Sequence record: SRR20825006_1678
DNA length: 39,963 nt
Strand: one strand, 5' to 3'
Part shown: piece by piece, positions 19,131 to 27,754 of the stretch
How the letters are laid out: the number at the start of each line of letters is the position of its first letter
Numbering within the stretch: position 1 is the stretch's first letter
Notes under the pieces: generated by a model
The model's input: only the letters and a program-made list of their open reading frames with translations
Databases searched by the model: none
Told to the model about the DNA's origin: nothing
Made by a program: the position numbers and the translations under genes

Positions 19131-19154
19131 TCGCTTCACATCACAATACAGACT

Positions 19155-19186
19155 AAGCCCCGATCCTATCGGGGCTTTTTTATTTT
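19155..19186 (+). terminator. Intrinsic terminator
   Basis: AAGCCCCGAT-cct-ATCGGGGCTT followed by TTTTATTTT. Confidence 0.9.
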
Positions 19187-19254
19187 AAGAGTTTAACAGG
19201 ACCTTAGCAGCCCTGCGCGGCCCTTCTCGTTATATTTAAGTAGAAAATCACGCT

Positions 19255-19920
19255 ATGCGCTTTATAACGAGCTACATTGTATTAATAACGCTATGTCTCA
19301 GCTGTAAAAACACTACTTCTTTAGAAAGTGATCAAAGGATGGCTAAGCTTCCTCCGGTGCAAACGCAACCTGTTGAGGGTTATGAACGTGCTTATTTTGC
19401 AAGCGGTTGCTTTTGGTGTGTAGAAGCGATTTTTGAGAGCATCAAAGGAGTTAAGGAAGCCGTAAGTGGCTATAGCGGTGGTTTTGAAGAACACCCTATC
19501 TACAAAGAAGTAAGCTACGGAAAAACCAACCACGCCGAAGCCGTAGAAGTATTTTATAATCCTGACACGGTAAGTTATCGCAATTTAGTCATTGCCTTTT
19601 TTGGATCACACGATCCCACGGCACTGTATCGCCAAGGTCCTGATCGCGGCAAACAGTATCGCTCTATAGCCTTCTATCAAAATGAAAAAGAAAAACGCAT
19701 TATTGATAGCATTGTCACACAACTCAATGAAACCGTTTATGATGGTGAAATCGTGACTCAAGTATTGCCTTTTCAAAAATTCTGGAAAGCGGAAGCCTAT
19801 CATCAGGATTACGAGCGTAAGCACCCTAACGATCCCTATATAATTGGGGTTTCAATACCCAGACTTAACCGATTTAAAAAACAATTTCCTGACCTTTTAA
19901 AAGACCAAGCACATTTATGA
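19255..19920 (+). CDS. msrA: Peptide-methionine (S)-S-oxide reductase, lipoprotein
   Basis: GCFWC, GYSGG, HAEAV, HDPT, QGPDRG, AEAYHQDY; lipobox LCLSC. Confidence 0.95.
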   Translation: MRFITSYIVLITLCLSCKNTTSLESDQRMAKLPPVQTQPVEGYERAYFASGCFWCVEAIFESIKGVKEAVSGYSGGFEEHPIYKEVSYGKTNHAEAVEVFYNPDTVSYRNLVIAFFGSHDPTALYRQGPDRGKQYRSIAFYQNEKEKRIIDSIVTQLNETVYDGEIVTQVLPFQKFWKAEAYHQDYERKHPNDPYIIGVSIPRLNRFKKQFPDLLKDQAHL

Positions 19921-20351
19921 AAACCCTCACCAATATCTCTTTAGTTTTATTTGCATTGACCGCATCTGCACAAAACGACTTTTCTAAATACAAATGGCGC
20001 AACAGAATCGTGGTTTTTTCCACCACCAGCCTCGAGACGGAAAGTTTTGTCACCCACTGGCAACACATGAAAAATTCGACCAAAAAAATAGAGGACCGCA
20101 ATATTCTACTTTTTGTTTTGGCTAAAGGAAGGCTGTACGATAAAGACTTAAAGGTGGTTTCAGGCTTTCAGGTTGGGCCATTACGCCAAAAATATCAGAT
20201 CCCAAATACTTATGAAGGCATTACACTTATAGGAAAAGATGGCGGAGTGAAGTTTCAAAAAACCTTTCCGCTTGATGTGAAAATCATTTTTGAGACCATA
20301 GATCAGATGCCTATGCGTAAAAGTGAAATGCGCGAAAACATTGACGATTAA
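19917..20351 (+). CDS. DUF4174 domain secreted protein
   Basis: Signal peptide; KWRNR...LIGKDGGVK...IDQMPMR. Confidence 0.85.
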   Translation: MKTLTNISLVLFALTASAQNDFSKYKWRNRIVVFSTTSLETESFVTHWQHMKNSTKKIEDRNILLFVLAKGRLYDKDLKVVSGFQVGPLRQKYQIPNTYEGITLIGKDGGVKFQKTFPLDVKIIFETIDQMPMRKSEMRENIDD

Positions 20352-20546
20352 ATAGCCACTCCAAACCTTTAGAAGCCTTTATAGCTCATATAATCAATCG
20401 TTTATTTCTAATGAAAATAGATTTTATAAAAGGTTTAACAGCCCAAACTGTTAGGGCTTTTACTCCGATTAGACCAAAAAAGCAATTAAAAATAAAATAG
20501 GAATTGCAACATTAATAATTGTTGCTTCCGCAGAAAAAGAAAAATT

Positions 20547-21659
20547 ATGAAAACTGATCAACCTTTATTACAATCTTTTAAACTAGGTGCAACTGCCTTA
20601 AAAAATCGTGTCGTAATGGCACCTATGACGCGTAGTCGCGCTGATAATCCTGAGAATACGCCTACTGACATGCACGTAGAATATTACACGCAACGCGCTA
20701 GTGCCGGGCTAATCATTACTGAAGGCTCACAAGTTTCTCCTCAGGCTGTAGGTTACATTCATACGCCGGGGATTCATTCTGCAGCGCAGGTTGCCGGTTG
20801 GAAAAAAGTGGTTGATGCTGTACACGCCGAAGATGGTAAGATTTTTATTCAATTATGGCACGTAGGTCGTATGTCACACCCTGATTTTCATAATGGTGAC
20901 AAGCCACTCGCTCCATCTGCGGTAAACCCTAATGCCAAAGCTTTTACTTCTGAAGGTTTCAAAGACACAGTTGAACCTAAAGCGATGACACTTGAAGAGA
21001 TTCAACAAACGCAAGAAGACTTTGTAACCGCTGCTAAAAATGCAATGGAAGCCGGCTTTGATGGCGTTGAAATCCATAGTTCTAACGGTTATTTATTCCA
21101 TCAGTTTTTTAATAAAAATTCTAATGTGCGTACAGATAACTACGGTGGAAGCATTGAAAATAAAGCCCGTTTCTTTTTTGAAACCTTAGATAAAGTCAAA
21201 GCGGTGATGCCCGAAAATAAAATAGGTGTGCGTCTTAATCCGTCACTAAATGGAGTGTTTGGTATTGATGCAACAGAAGAAACCATTCCTACTTTTGACT
21301 ATATCGTAGAGCGTCTCAATAATTACGACTTGGCCTATTTGCACCTTTCAGAACCGTTCACAGATGTAAGTGATATCGACTTTCTTGAAACAGAAATCGC
21401 GAAGCACTATCGCCCAAAATACCACGGAAATTTAATGATCAACGCAAACTTTGATCAAGAGAGCGGTAATGCAGTGATCAAAGAAGGAAATGCAGATCTT
21501 GTAGCCTATGGAAAACTTTATATTTCCAATCCAGATCTTGTAGAACGCTTTGCAATCAAAGCTCCAACAGCCGAATGGGATCAAGATACGTTCTACACAC
21601 AAGGAGAAAAAGGATATACTGATTATCCTAAGTATAACGTGCAAGCGCAAGAAGCTTAG
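20547..21659 (+). CDS. Old Yellow Enzyme family alkene reductase (NemA-like)
   Basis: MAPMTRSRA, QLWHVGR, GFDGVEIHSSNGYL, RTDNYGGS, GYTDYP. Confidence 0.93.
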   Translation: MKTDQPLLQSFKLGATALKNRVVMAPMTRSRADNPENTPTDMHVEYYTQRASAGLIITEGSQVSPQAVGYIHTPGIHSAAQVAGWKKVVDAVHAEDGKIFIQLWHVGRMSHPDFHNGDKPLAPSAVNPNAKAFTSEGFKDTVEPKAMTLEEIQQTQEDFVTAAKNAMEAGFDGVEIHSSNGYLFHQFFNKNSNVRTDNYGGSIENKARFFFETLDKVKAVMPENKIGVRLNPSLNGVFGIDATEETIPTFDYIVERLNNYDLAYLHLSEPFTDVSDIDFLETEIAKHYRPKYHGNLMINANFDQESGNAVIKEGNADLVAYGKLYISNPDLVERFAIKAPTAEWDQDTFYTQGEKGYTDYPKYNVQAQEA

Positions 21660-21723
21660 ACATTTAAAGTTTTGTTATTTTGTTTAATGTTAACAGCTTA
21701 ACGCTTGAACACACAGTAAATTG

Positions 21724-21751
21724 AGGGTAGGTTAAAACTTACCCTTTTTTT
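21724..21751 (+). terminator. Intrinsic terminator abutting the flavin reductase start codon
   Basis: AGGGTAGGT-taaa-ACTTACCCT (one G-U pair) then a T-run ending at 21751; ATG at 21752. Confidence 0.7.
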
Positions 21752-22399
21752 ATGAGACATTACACAGCAGAACAGATAGCTGATATGCCTTCCCGATATC
21801 GTGCACATTTTATAAACAGTTGCACCGGCTTTAAATCGGCTAATCTCTTAGGAAGTATTTCAGAAGATGGCGTTTCTAATGTTGCCATTTTCAGTTCGGT
21901 CACGCACCTTGGGAGCAATCCACCGCTTCTGGGTTTTGTATTGCGTCCTACTTCCGTAGAGCGTAACACGTATGACAACCTCAAAAAGTCTGGTGTGTTT
22001 ACGGTAAACCACGTCAATCAAAATTTCATTAAAGAAGCACATAAAACTTCAGCTAAATACGCCGGTAATGTTTCTGAATTTGACAAAACTTTACTAAACG
22101 AAGAATATCTTGACGATTTTAAAGCACCATACGTAAAGCAAAGCAGAATCAAATTGGGATGCGAATTTGAGAATGAGTATTTCATTAAAGAGAACAATTG
22201 CCATTTTATAATTGGCGCCATTAAACACATTTACGTGGATCGCGAAATTCAAGCTGAAGATGGCTGGCTCAATCTTGAGCGTGCTCAAACCGTTTGCATT
22301 GATGGCTTAGATGGTTACGCGCTACCCCAGATTTTGAATAGGTTTACCTATGCACAGCCTGATCAGGCCGTGAAATCAATTACCGATCTTGGCTCATAA
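21752..22399 (+). CDS. Flavin reductase family protein (DIM6/NTAB-like)
   Basis: [33 protein letters not shown]. Confidence 0.85.
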   Translation: MRHYTAEQIADMPSRYRAHFINSCTGFKSANLLGSISEDGVSNVAIFSSVTHLGSNPPLLGFVLRPTSVERNTYDNLKKSGVFTVNHVNQNFIKEAHKTSAKYAGNVSEFDKTLLNEEYLDDFKAPYVKQSRIKLGCEFENEYFIKENNCHFIIGAIKHIYVDREIQAEDGWLNLERAQTVCIDGLDGYALPQILNRFTYAQPDQAVKSITDLGS

Positions 22400-22547
22400 A
22401 AAGGTAAATCTCCCGGAGAAAATCTGCGCAACCTGCGGAAAACCTTTCGCTTGGCGCAAAAAGTGGGCAAAAAACTGGGAAGATGTCAAATACTGTAGTG
22501 AACGCTGCAGACGAAATAAAAACGCTAATGAATCTAGTTTGGTTTAG
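22389..22547 (+). CDS. DUF2256 family small 4-Cys protein (52 aa, absent from the ORF track)
   Basis: TTG start; [52 protein letters not shown]. Confidence 0.9.
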   Translation: MAHKKVNLPEKICATCGKPFAWRKKWAKNWEDVKYCSERCRRNKNANESSLV

Positions 22548-23823
22548 ACACGACTTACGCACCTTAGACAATACCAGTTTGCAACAGGCTTGCGCTAATG
22601 ACGCTGGAGTCGTTGCCGTGTATTGTTTTGATCCCAGACATTTTGAAATGGGTCCGTTTGGATTTAAAAAAACCGAACGCTTTCGTGCTCAATTTTTGAT
22701 TGAAACCATTCAAGAACTGCGCGAGGATCTCAGAAAGCTAAATATTACCTTTTTGGTTTATTTAGAAAAACCGGAAGAAATAATACCGAAGCTAGCTGCA
22801 AAATATAAGGTCAGTCAGATTTATTTTCAAAAAGAATGGACCGCTGAAGAGGTAAACGTTCAACAAAATGTACAGCAGGCCTGCGAGGCTTCTGTGACAT
22901 TTACAGCAAATTATGACCAATTCTTAATCCATCCTGAAGACCTTCCTTATGACTCTTTTGAGGCAATCCCCAACGTGTTTACGCAATGGCGCAAAACCTG
23001 CGAAAAAGCACTCCATATCAGAAAATATGTTGAACCGCAACAGCAGCTCAAAACTAATCTGAAGGACGAGCCAACTGAGATCCCAAGTCTTAACGATCTG
23101 GGACTAGAAGATTTTAAAACAGATAATCGCACAGCATTCCCTTTTAAAGGTGGTGCACAACAAGCTTCTCAACGTATTCAACAGTATTTCTGGGAATCAA
23201 AAAAACTTCAGGTGTATAAGAAGACCCGAAACGGTCTGGTGGGTACTGATTATAGCTCGAAACTTTCGGCGTGGCTTGCTAACGGCAGTATTTCGGCAAG
23301 AATTATTTATTGGGAAATCAAAAAGTTTGAACGCGAAGAGGCCAAGAATGACAGTACCTATTGGCTGTTTTTTGAACTGATTTGGCGGGATTTTTTCAAA
23401 TATATTTCGCTTAAATACGGCAATTCGATTTTCAAGATCGGTGGTATTCTCAACAAAGACTACGATTGGCATAGCAACAAAGCAACTCAAAAAGAATGGA
23501 TCTCCGGAACCACAAGGTATGATTTTGTAAATGCCAATATGAAAGAAATTGCTGCAACGGGCTGGATGAGCAATCGAGGGCGACAAAATGTTGCCAGCTT
23601 TTGGGCAAAAGAACTTCAGCAAGATTGGCGCATTGGCGCAGCATATTTTGAAAGTATGCTCATTGATTATGACGTGCACAGCAATTATGGGAATTGGATG
23701 TATAACAGCGGTGTAGGTAACGATCCGCGAGATCGAAAATTTAATATTCAAAGTCAGGCTGAGCGTTATGACAGCTCAGGTAAATACCAGCGCCTTTGGC
23801 TAGAACCTTCTTTATTTGACTGA
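22528..23823 (+). CDS. DASH family cryptochrome
   Basis: [67 protein letters not shown]; start placed at ATG 22528. Confidence 0.92.
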   Translation: MNLVWFRHDLRTLDNTSLQQACANDAGVVAVYCFDPRHFEMGPFGFKKTERFRAQFLIETIQELREDLRKLNITFLVYLEKPEEIIPKLAAKYKVSQIYFQKEWTAEEVNVQQNVQQACEASVTFTANYDQFLIHPEDLPYDSFEAIPNVFTQWRKTCEKALHIRKYVEPQQQLKTNLKDEPTEIPSLNDLGLEDFKTDNRTAFPFKGGAQQASQRIQQYFWESKKLQVYKKTRNGLVGTDYSSKLSAWLANGSISARIIYWEIKKFEREEAKNDSTYWLFFELIWRDFFKYISLKYGNSIFKIGGILNKDYDWHSNKATQKEWISGTTRYDFVNANMKEIAATGWMSNRGRQNVASFWAKELQQDWRIGAAYFESMLIDYDVHSNYGNWMYNSGVGNDPRDRKFNIQSQAERYDSSGKYQRLWLEPSLFD

Positions 23824-23828
23824 TCATT

Positions 23829-25367
23829 ATGGCAAAAACACTACGTTTAATTTTGGGAGATCAACTCAATCAAAAGCATTCTTGGTATGATCAAGTGGAT
23901 GACGATGTACTTTATTTTATGGCCGAAATGCGCCAGGAAACAGATTATGTCACCCATCATATTCAAAAGATTCTAGGATTTTTTTCCGCAATGCGGAATT
24001 TTTCGCAATGGCTTGAAGAACGCGGGCATAGCGTGATCTACTATAAATTAGATCATCCTGATAATACACAGAACCTGACCAAAAACTTAAACCAACTTTT
24101 TAAAGCGCATCACATTGATCGTTTTGAATATCAACTTCCTGACGAATATCGCCTTGATGAACAACTCAAAAATTTCTGTAATGATATAAGCCTCCAAACT
24201 CAGGCAGTTGACACCGAACATTTTTTGACCAGTCGCACAGATCTTGCTGATTTTTTTGAAGGAAAGAAAACCTTGACTATGGAGTATTTCTATCGTGATA
24301 TGCGTAAGAAATACAATATCATGATGGTCAACGATAAAGATCCCGAAGGAGGAAAATGGAATTTTGACCACAGCAATCGCAAAAAGTGGAAAGGAGAACC
24401 TGAGATTCCGCATGAGCGAGGTTTTCGCACAGATCTTTCAGAAATACATAAAATGGTCAAAAATGCCGGGATTAAAACCATAGGCAGCGTTGATGCTGAA
24501 AATTTCAATTGGCCCACCTCCCGCCCTGACGCGTTAAGTGTGCTGAATTATTTTTGCAGCAATCTGCTGAAGCATTTTGGAGATTATCAAGATGCGATGG
24601 ATCCTGATCAGGCTTATTTATTTCATAGCAGACTGAGCTTTGCGATGAACAGCAAAATGCTGCATCCCCTTGAAGTGATCGAAAAAGTGATAGGCCATTG
24701 GCGTGAGCATAAAGAGGAAATTGATATCAGCCAAGTGGAAGGGTTTGTACGACAAATCTTAGGTTGGCGCGAGTATATGCGCGGAATTTACTGGATGAAA
24801 ATGCCCGGTTACCGCAGAAGCAACAAACTCGATAACCAGAACGAACTACCTGAATTTTACTGGACGGCAAAAACAAAAATGAATTGCCTACATCACGCCA
24901 TTAAGCAAAGTTTAGAGCACGCGTATGCGCATCACATTCAGCGTTTGATGATCACTGGTAATTATGCTTTACTTACACAAACCCATCCAGACGAAGTTGA
25001 CGCTTGGTACCTTGGGATTTATATAGATGCTTTGGAGTGGGTAGAAATCACCAATACCCGAGGCATGAGTCAGTTTGCAGATGGCGGCATTGTTGCGACA
25101 AAACCCTATGTTTCCAGTGGAAGCTACATCAATAAAATGAGTAACTATTGCAGCTCTTGCCATTATAGCGTTTCAAAAAAAACCGGAGAAAAGGCGTGTC
25201 CTTTTAATAGTTTATATTGGAACTTCCTTCTGGAAAAGAAAGAACATTTTGAGAATAACCAACGTATGAATATGATGATGGGAATGCTGGATAAAAAAGA
25301 TCCTGATGAATTAGAACAACTTGTTAAACGCGCCCAAGAAATCATAAAGAACCCACAAAATTTCTAA
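23829..25367 (+). CDS. FeS-BCP (PhrB/CryB-type) bacterial (6-4) photolyase/cryptochrome
   Basis: LILGDQL, GGKWNFD, EGFVRQILGWRE, HHIQRLM; four 4Fe-4S Cys (MNCL, YCSSC, ACPFN). Confidence 0.92.
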   Translation: MAKTLRLILGDQLNQKHSWYDQVDDDVLYFMAEMRQETDYVTHHIQKILGFFSAMRNFSQWLEERGHSVIYYKLDHPDNTQNLTKNLNQLFKAHHIDRFEYQLPDEYRLDEQLKNFCNDISLQTQAVDTEHFLTSRTDLADFFEGKKTLTMEYFYRDMRKKYNIMMVNDKDPEGGKWNFDHSNRKKWKGEPEIPHERGFRTDLSEIHKMVKNAGIKTIGSVDAENFNWPTSRPDALSVLNYFCSNLLKHFGDYQDAMDPDQAYLFHSRLSFAMNSKMLHPLEVIEKVIGHWREHKEEIDISQVEGFVRQILGWREYMRGIYWMKMPGYRRSNKLDNQNELPEFYWTAKTKMNCLHHAIKQSLEHAYAHHIQRLMITGNYALLTQTHPDEVDAWYLGIYIDALEWVEITNTRGMSQFADGGIVATKPYVSSGSYINKMSNYCSSCHYSVSKKTGEKACPFNSLYWNFLLEKKEHFENNQRMNMMMGMLDKKDPDELEQLVKRAQEIIKNPQNF

Positions 25368-25452
25368 TCGCGGCGTTAATTCACTGTTAATCAAAAAACA
25401 AGTTCAATTTGAATCTACTAATTTCATATCTCTAACCAATACTTATATAACG

Positions 25453-25611
25453 ATGAGAGATATTATTTGGCTTATTGTAGTGATTTTAATCATTGGCTGG
25501 CTTGTAGGTTATTTCGGTTTTGCCGAATCTGTAGGTAGCTTGATTCACATTTTACTAGTGCTTGCGGTAATCGCGATCTTATACCGACTAGCAACAGGCC
25601 GACGCTTATAA
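25453..25611 (+). CDS. lmo0937-family small membrane protein (52 aa, absent from the ORF track)
   Basis: MRDIIWLIVVILIIGWLVGYFGFAESVGSLIHILLVLAVIAILYRLATGRRL, with the GxLIHILLV motif. Confidence 0.85.
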   Translation: MRDIIWLIVVILIIGWLVGYFGFAESVGSLIHILLVLAVIAILYRLATGRRL

Positions 25612-25644
25612 ACAACCAAAATTTCTAACCTTAAAATTCAAATT

Positions 25645-25782
25645 ATGAAACGTATTTTTTTATTTCTATTTCTAGCCGGAGTTATGGGTACAACCTTACA
25701 AAGTTGTAGAGAATCTACCGGAGATAAAATTGAAGATGCAGCAGATGACATTGGTGATGCTGCTGAAGATGCAGTAGATTAA
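25645..25782 (+). CDS. Small acidic lipoprotein (45 aa, entericidin/LEA-like, absent from the ORF track)
   Basis: MKRIFLFLFLAGVMGTTLQS-CRESTGDKIEDAADDIGDAAEDAVD; lipobox; terminator follows. Confidence 0.8.
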   Translation: MKRIFLFLFLAGVMGTTLQSCRESTGDKIEDAADDIGDAAEDAVD

Positions 25783-25802
25783 TCTGTTGCATTAACAAGT
25801 TG

Positions 25803-25833
25803 AAAGCCGCACTTTTTGGTGTGGCTTTTTTTT
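25803..25833 (+). terminator. Intrinsic terminator
   Basis: AAAGCCGCAC...GTGTGGCTTT followed by a T-run. Confidence 0.85.
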
Positions 25834-25935
25834 ATGCTTGATCTTGTAAAAACCCTTAACATACAGCAGTTAAGAAGGGTTAAAAGCTTCTTTATACCCC
25901 AAGCTATTTATTAGTTTTAGAGTAAAATTGAAATT

Positions 25936-26790
25936 ATGAGTACTACAACTGTAAATAAAGAAATTACCAACCTACAAGGAACTTGGGAATTAAGTAATGG
26001 CGTGCGTATGCCATATTTTGGGCTTGGAGTTTGGAAGGCCGAAGATGGCAAAGAAGTGATCAACGCGGTAAAATGGGCTTTAGCTGCCGGTTATAGACAT
26101 ATAGACACCGCAAAAGCTTATGACAATGAGGAAGGTGTTGGGAAAGCGATAAAAGAAAGTGGCATTTCACGTGGAGATATTTTCCTTACCAGTAAATTAT
26201 GGAATAGTGATCAGGGCTATGAGGCCACATTAGAAGCTTTCGAAAAAACTTTAAGCCGTTTAGATACAGATTATCTTGATCTCTACTTAATTCATTGGCC
26301 GGTTGAAGGTAAATATAAAGATACCTGGCGCGCACTCGAAAAATTATATAAAGATGGAAAGATTAAAGCGATCGGAGTAAGTAATTTTCTAGAGCACCAT
26401 CTTAAAGATCTTATGCAAGATGCAGAAATCAAACCTATGGTAGATCAATTAGAATTTCATCCTTGGCTAGTACAAAAGGATCTTCAGAACTTCTGTAAGA
26501 AAAACGGAATTCAATACGAAGCTTGGTCTCCGCTAATGCAAGGAAAGGCTTTTAAAAATGAAACCTTGAAACAATTGGGTGAAAAATATGGTAAATCTCC
26601 GGCTCATATCGTCTTGCGTTGGGATTTGCAAAATGGTGTAATTACTATCCCTAAATCTACTTCAAAAGACCATATTGAAAGCAACGCAGCCATATTTGAT
26701 TTTGAATTAACCGAAGAAGATATGCAGACCATTAATGCGCTAGACAAGCACGAGCGTATTGGTCCGGATCCTGACAATTTTGATTTTTAA
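25936..26790 (+). CDS. Aldo/keto reductase (YvgN/DkgA-like)
   Basis: GYRHIDTAKAY, TSKLW, DLYLIHWP, IGVSNF, IPKS. Confidence 0.94.
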   Translation: MSTTTVNKEITNLQGTWELSNGVRMPYFGLGVWKAEDGKEVINAVKWALAAGYRHIDTAKAYDNEEGVGKAIKESGISRGDIFLTSKLWNSDQGYEATLEAFEKTLSRLDTDYLDLYLIHWPVEGKYKDTWRALEKLYKDGKIKAIGVSNFLEHHLKDLMQDAEIKPMVDQLEFHPWLVQKDLQNFCKKNGIQYEAWSPLMQGKAFKNETLKQLGEKYGKSPAHIVLRWDLQNGVITIPKSTSKDHIESNAAIFDFELTEEDMQTINALDKHERIGPDPDNFDF

Positions 26791-26843
26791 TTAGAGAATA
26801 GACCTAATAGAATTAAACGCTTTGGCGTTACTTCTAAGAACCG

Positions 26844-26869
26844 AAAACCTCGCAACTGCGAGGTTTTTT
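26844..26869 (+). terminator. Intrinsic terminator
   Basis: AAAACCTCGC-aact-GCGAGGTTTT then TT. Confidence 0.85.
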
Positions 26870-26965
26870 AATTTATGTATTTATGCATAATCTGTATTTC
26901 CATCTAAAATTTGGGTATAGACTTTAGAGTCTTTGTAGTTTTGCCGGCAAATTGAGTTTGAAGTT

Positions 26966-27724
26966 ATGTGGAATTTAGAAGGAAAAACTGCCTTGATCAC
27001 AGGAGGCACTAAAGGAATAGGTAGAGCTACCGTTTTAGAATTTGCCAAACTAGGAGCAAAAGTCATCTTTACAGCGCGTGATGGAGCCGCAGTAACGGCT
27101 TTTCAGCAAGAATTAGGAGAGATGGGCTATATCGCTTCCGGGATGCAAGGTGACGTAACTTCTGAAGACGATCAAGACAAGCTTACCGATTTTGTTTTTC
27201 AGCGCAGCGGTTCCTTAGATATTTTAGTCAACAACGCCGGAATGAACATTCGCAAAGAAGCGATAATGTATGAGGTTGAAGAATACGAGCAAGTGATTAA
27301 CACCAACCTGATCGCTCCGTTTGAATTAACTAGAAAATTCTTTGCTCTTCTTAAACGATCCGGGAAAGCTTCAGTAATCAATGTGGCTTCGGTAGCTGCT
27401 TTGCAAGATGTAAAAAGCGGCGCGCCTTATGCGATGGCTAAAGCGGGGATTCTTCAACAAACCCGAAGTTTAGCCTCAGAATGGGCCGATAAAAATATCA
27501 GAGTCAATGCGATTTCCCCGTGGTATACTGAAACTCCTCTGGTAAAACCCATCATTGATCAAGAAGAACGTTATGCAAAAATCGTAGATAGAACGCCATT
27601 AAACCGTTTTGCACAACCTGAAGAAATCGCCAGTGCCATTGCTTTTTTAGCAATGGATAAAGCATCCTACATTACTGGTCAGAACATCACCGCAGATGGT
27701 GGTTTAAGCGCTAATGCGCTTTAA
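26966..27724 (+). CDS. SDR oxidoreductase (tropinone reductase-like)
   Basis: TGGTKGIG, NNAG, YAMAK; TAGTTTTG -7 element at 26936-26943. Confidence 0.9.
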   Translation: MWNLEGKTALITGGTKGIGRATVLEFAKLGAKVIFTARDGAAVTAFQQELGEMGYIASGMQGDVTSEDDQDKLTDFVFQRSGSLDILVNNAGMNIRKEAIMYEVEEYEQVINTNLIAPFELTRKFFALLKRSGKASVINVASVAALQDVKSGAPYAMAKAGILQQTRSLASEWADKNIRVNAISPWYTETPLVKPIIDQEERYAKIVDRTPLNRFAQPEEIASAIAFLAMDKASYITGQNITADGGLSANAL

Positions 27725-27754
27725 GCCGAAAGTTTTTTAGAATAGTACAAGCTT

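Noticed and set aside
22483-22527. Upstream start of the DASH cryptochrome in the ORF track
   Set aside because: This stretch encodes DUF2256 in another frame; family homology starts at MNLVWFR (22528).
23197-23751. 184-aa antisense ORF and the other short nested or antisense ORFs in the track
   Set aside because: Shadows of well-supported genes, with no motifs or expression signals of their own.
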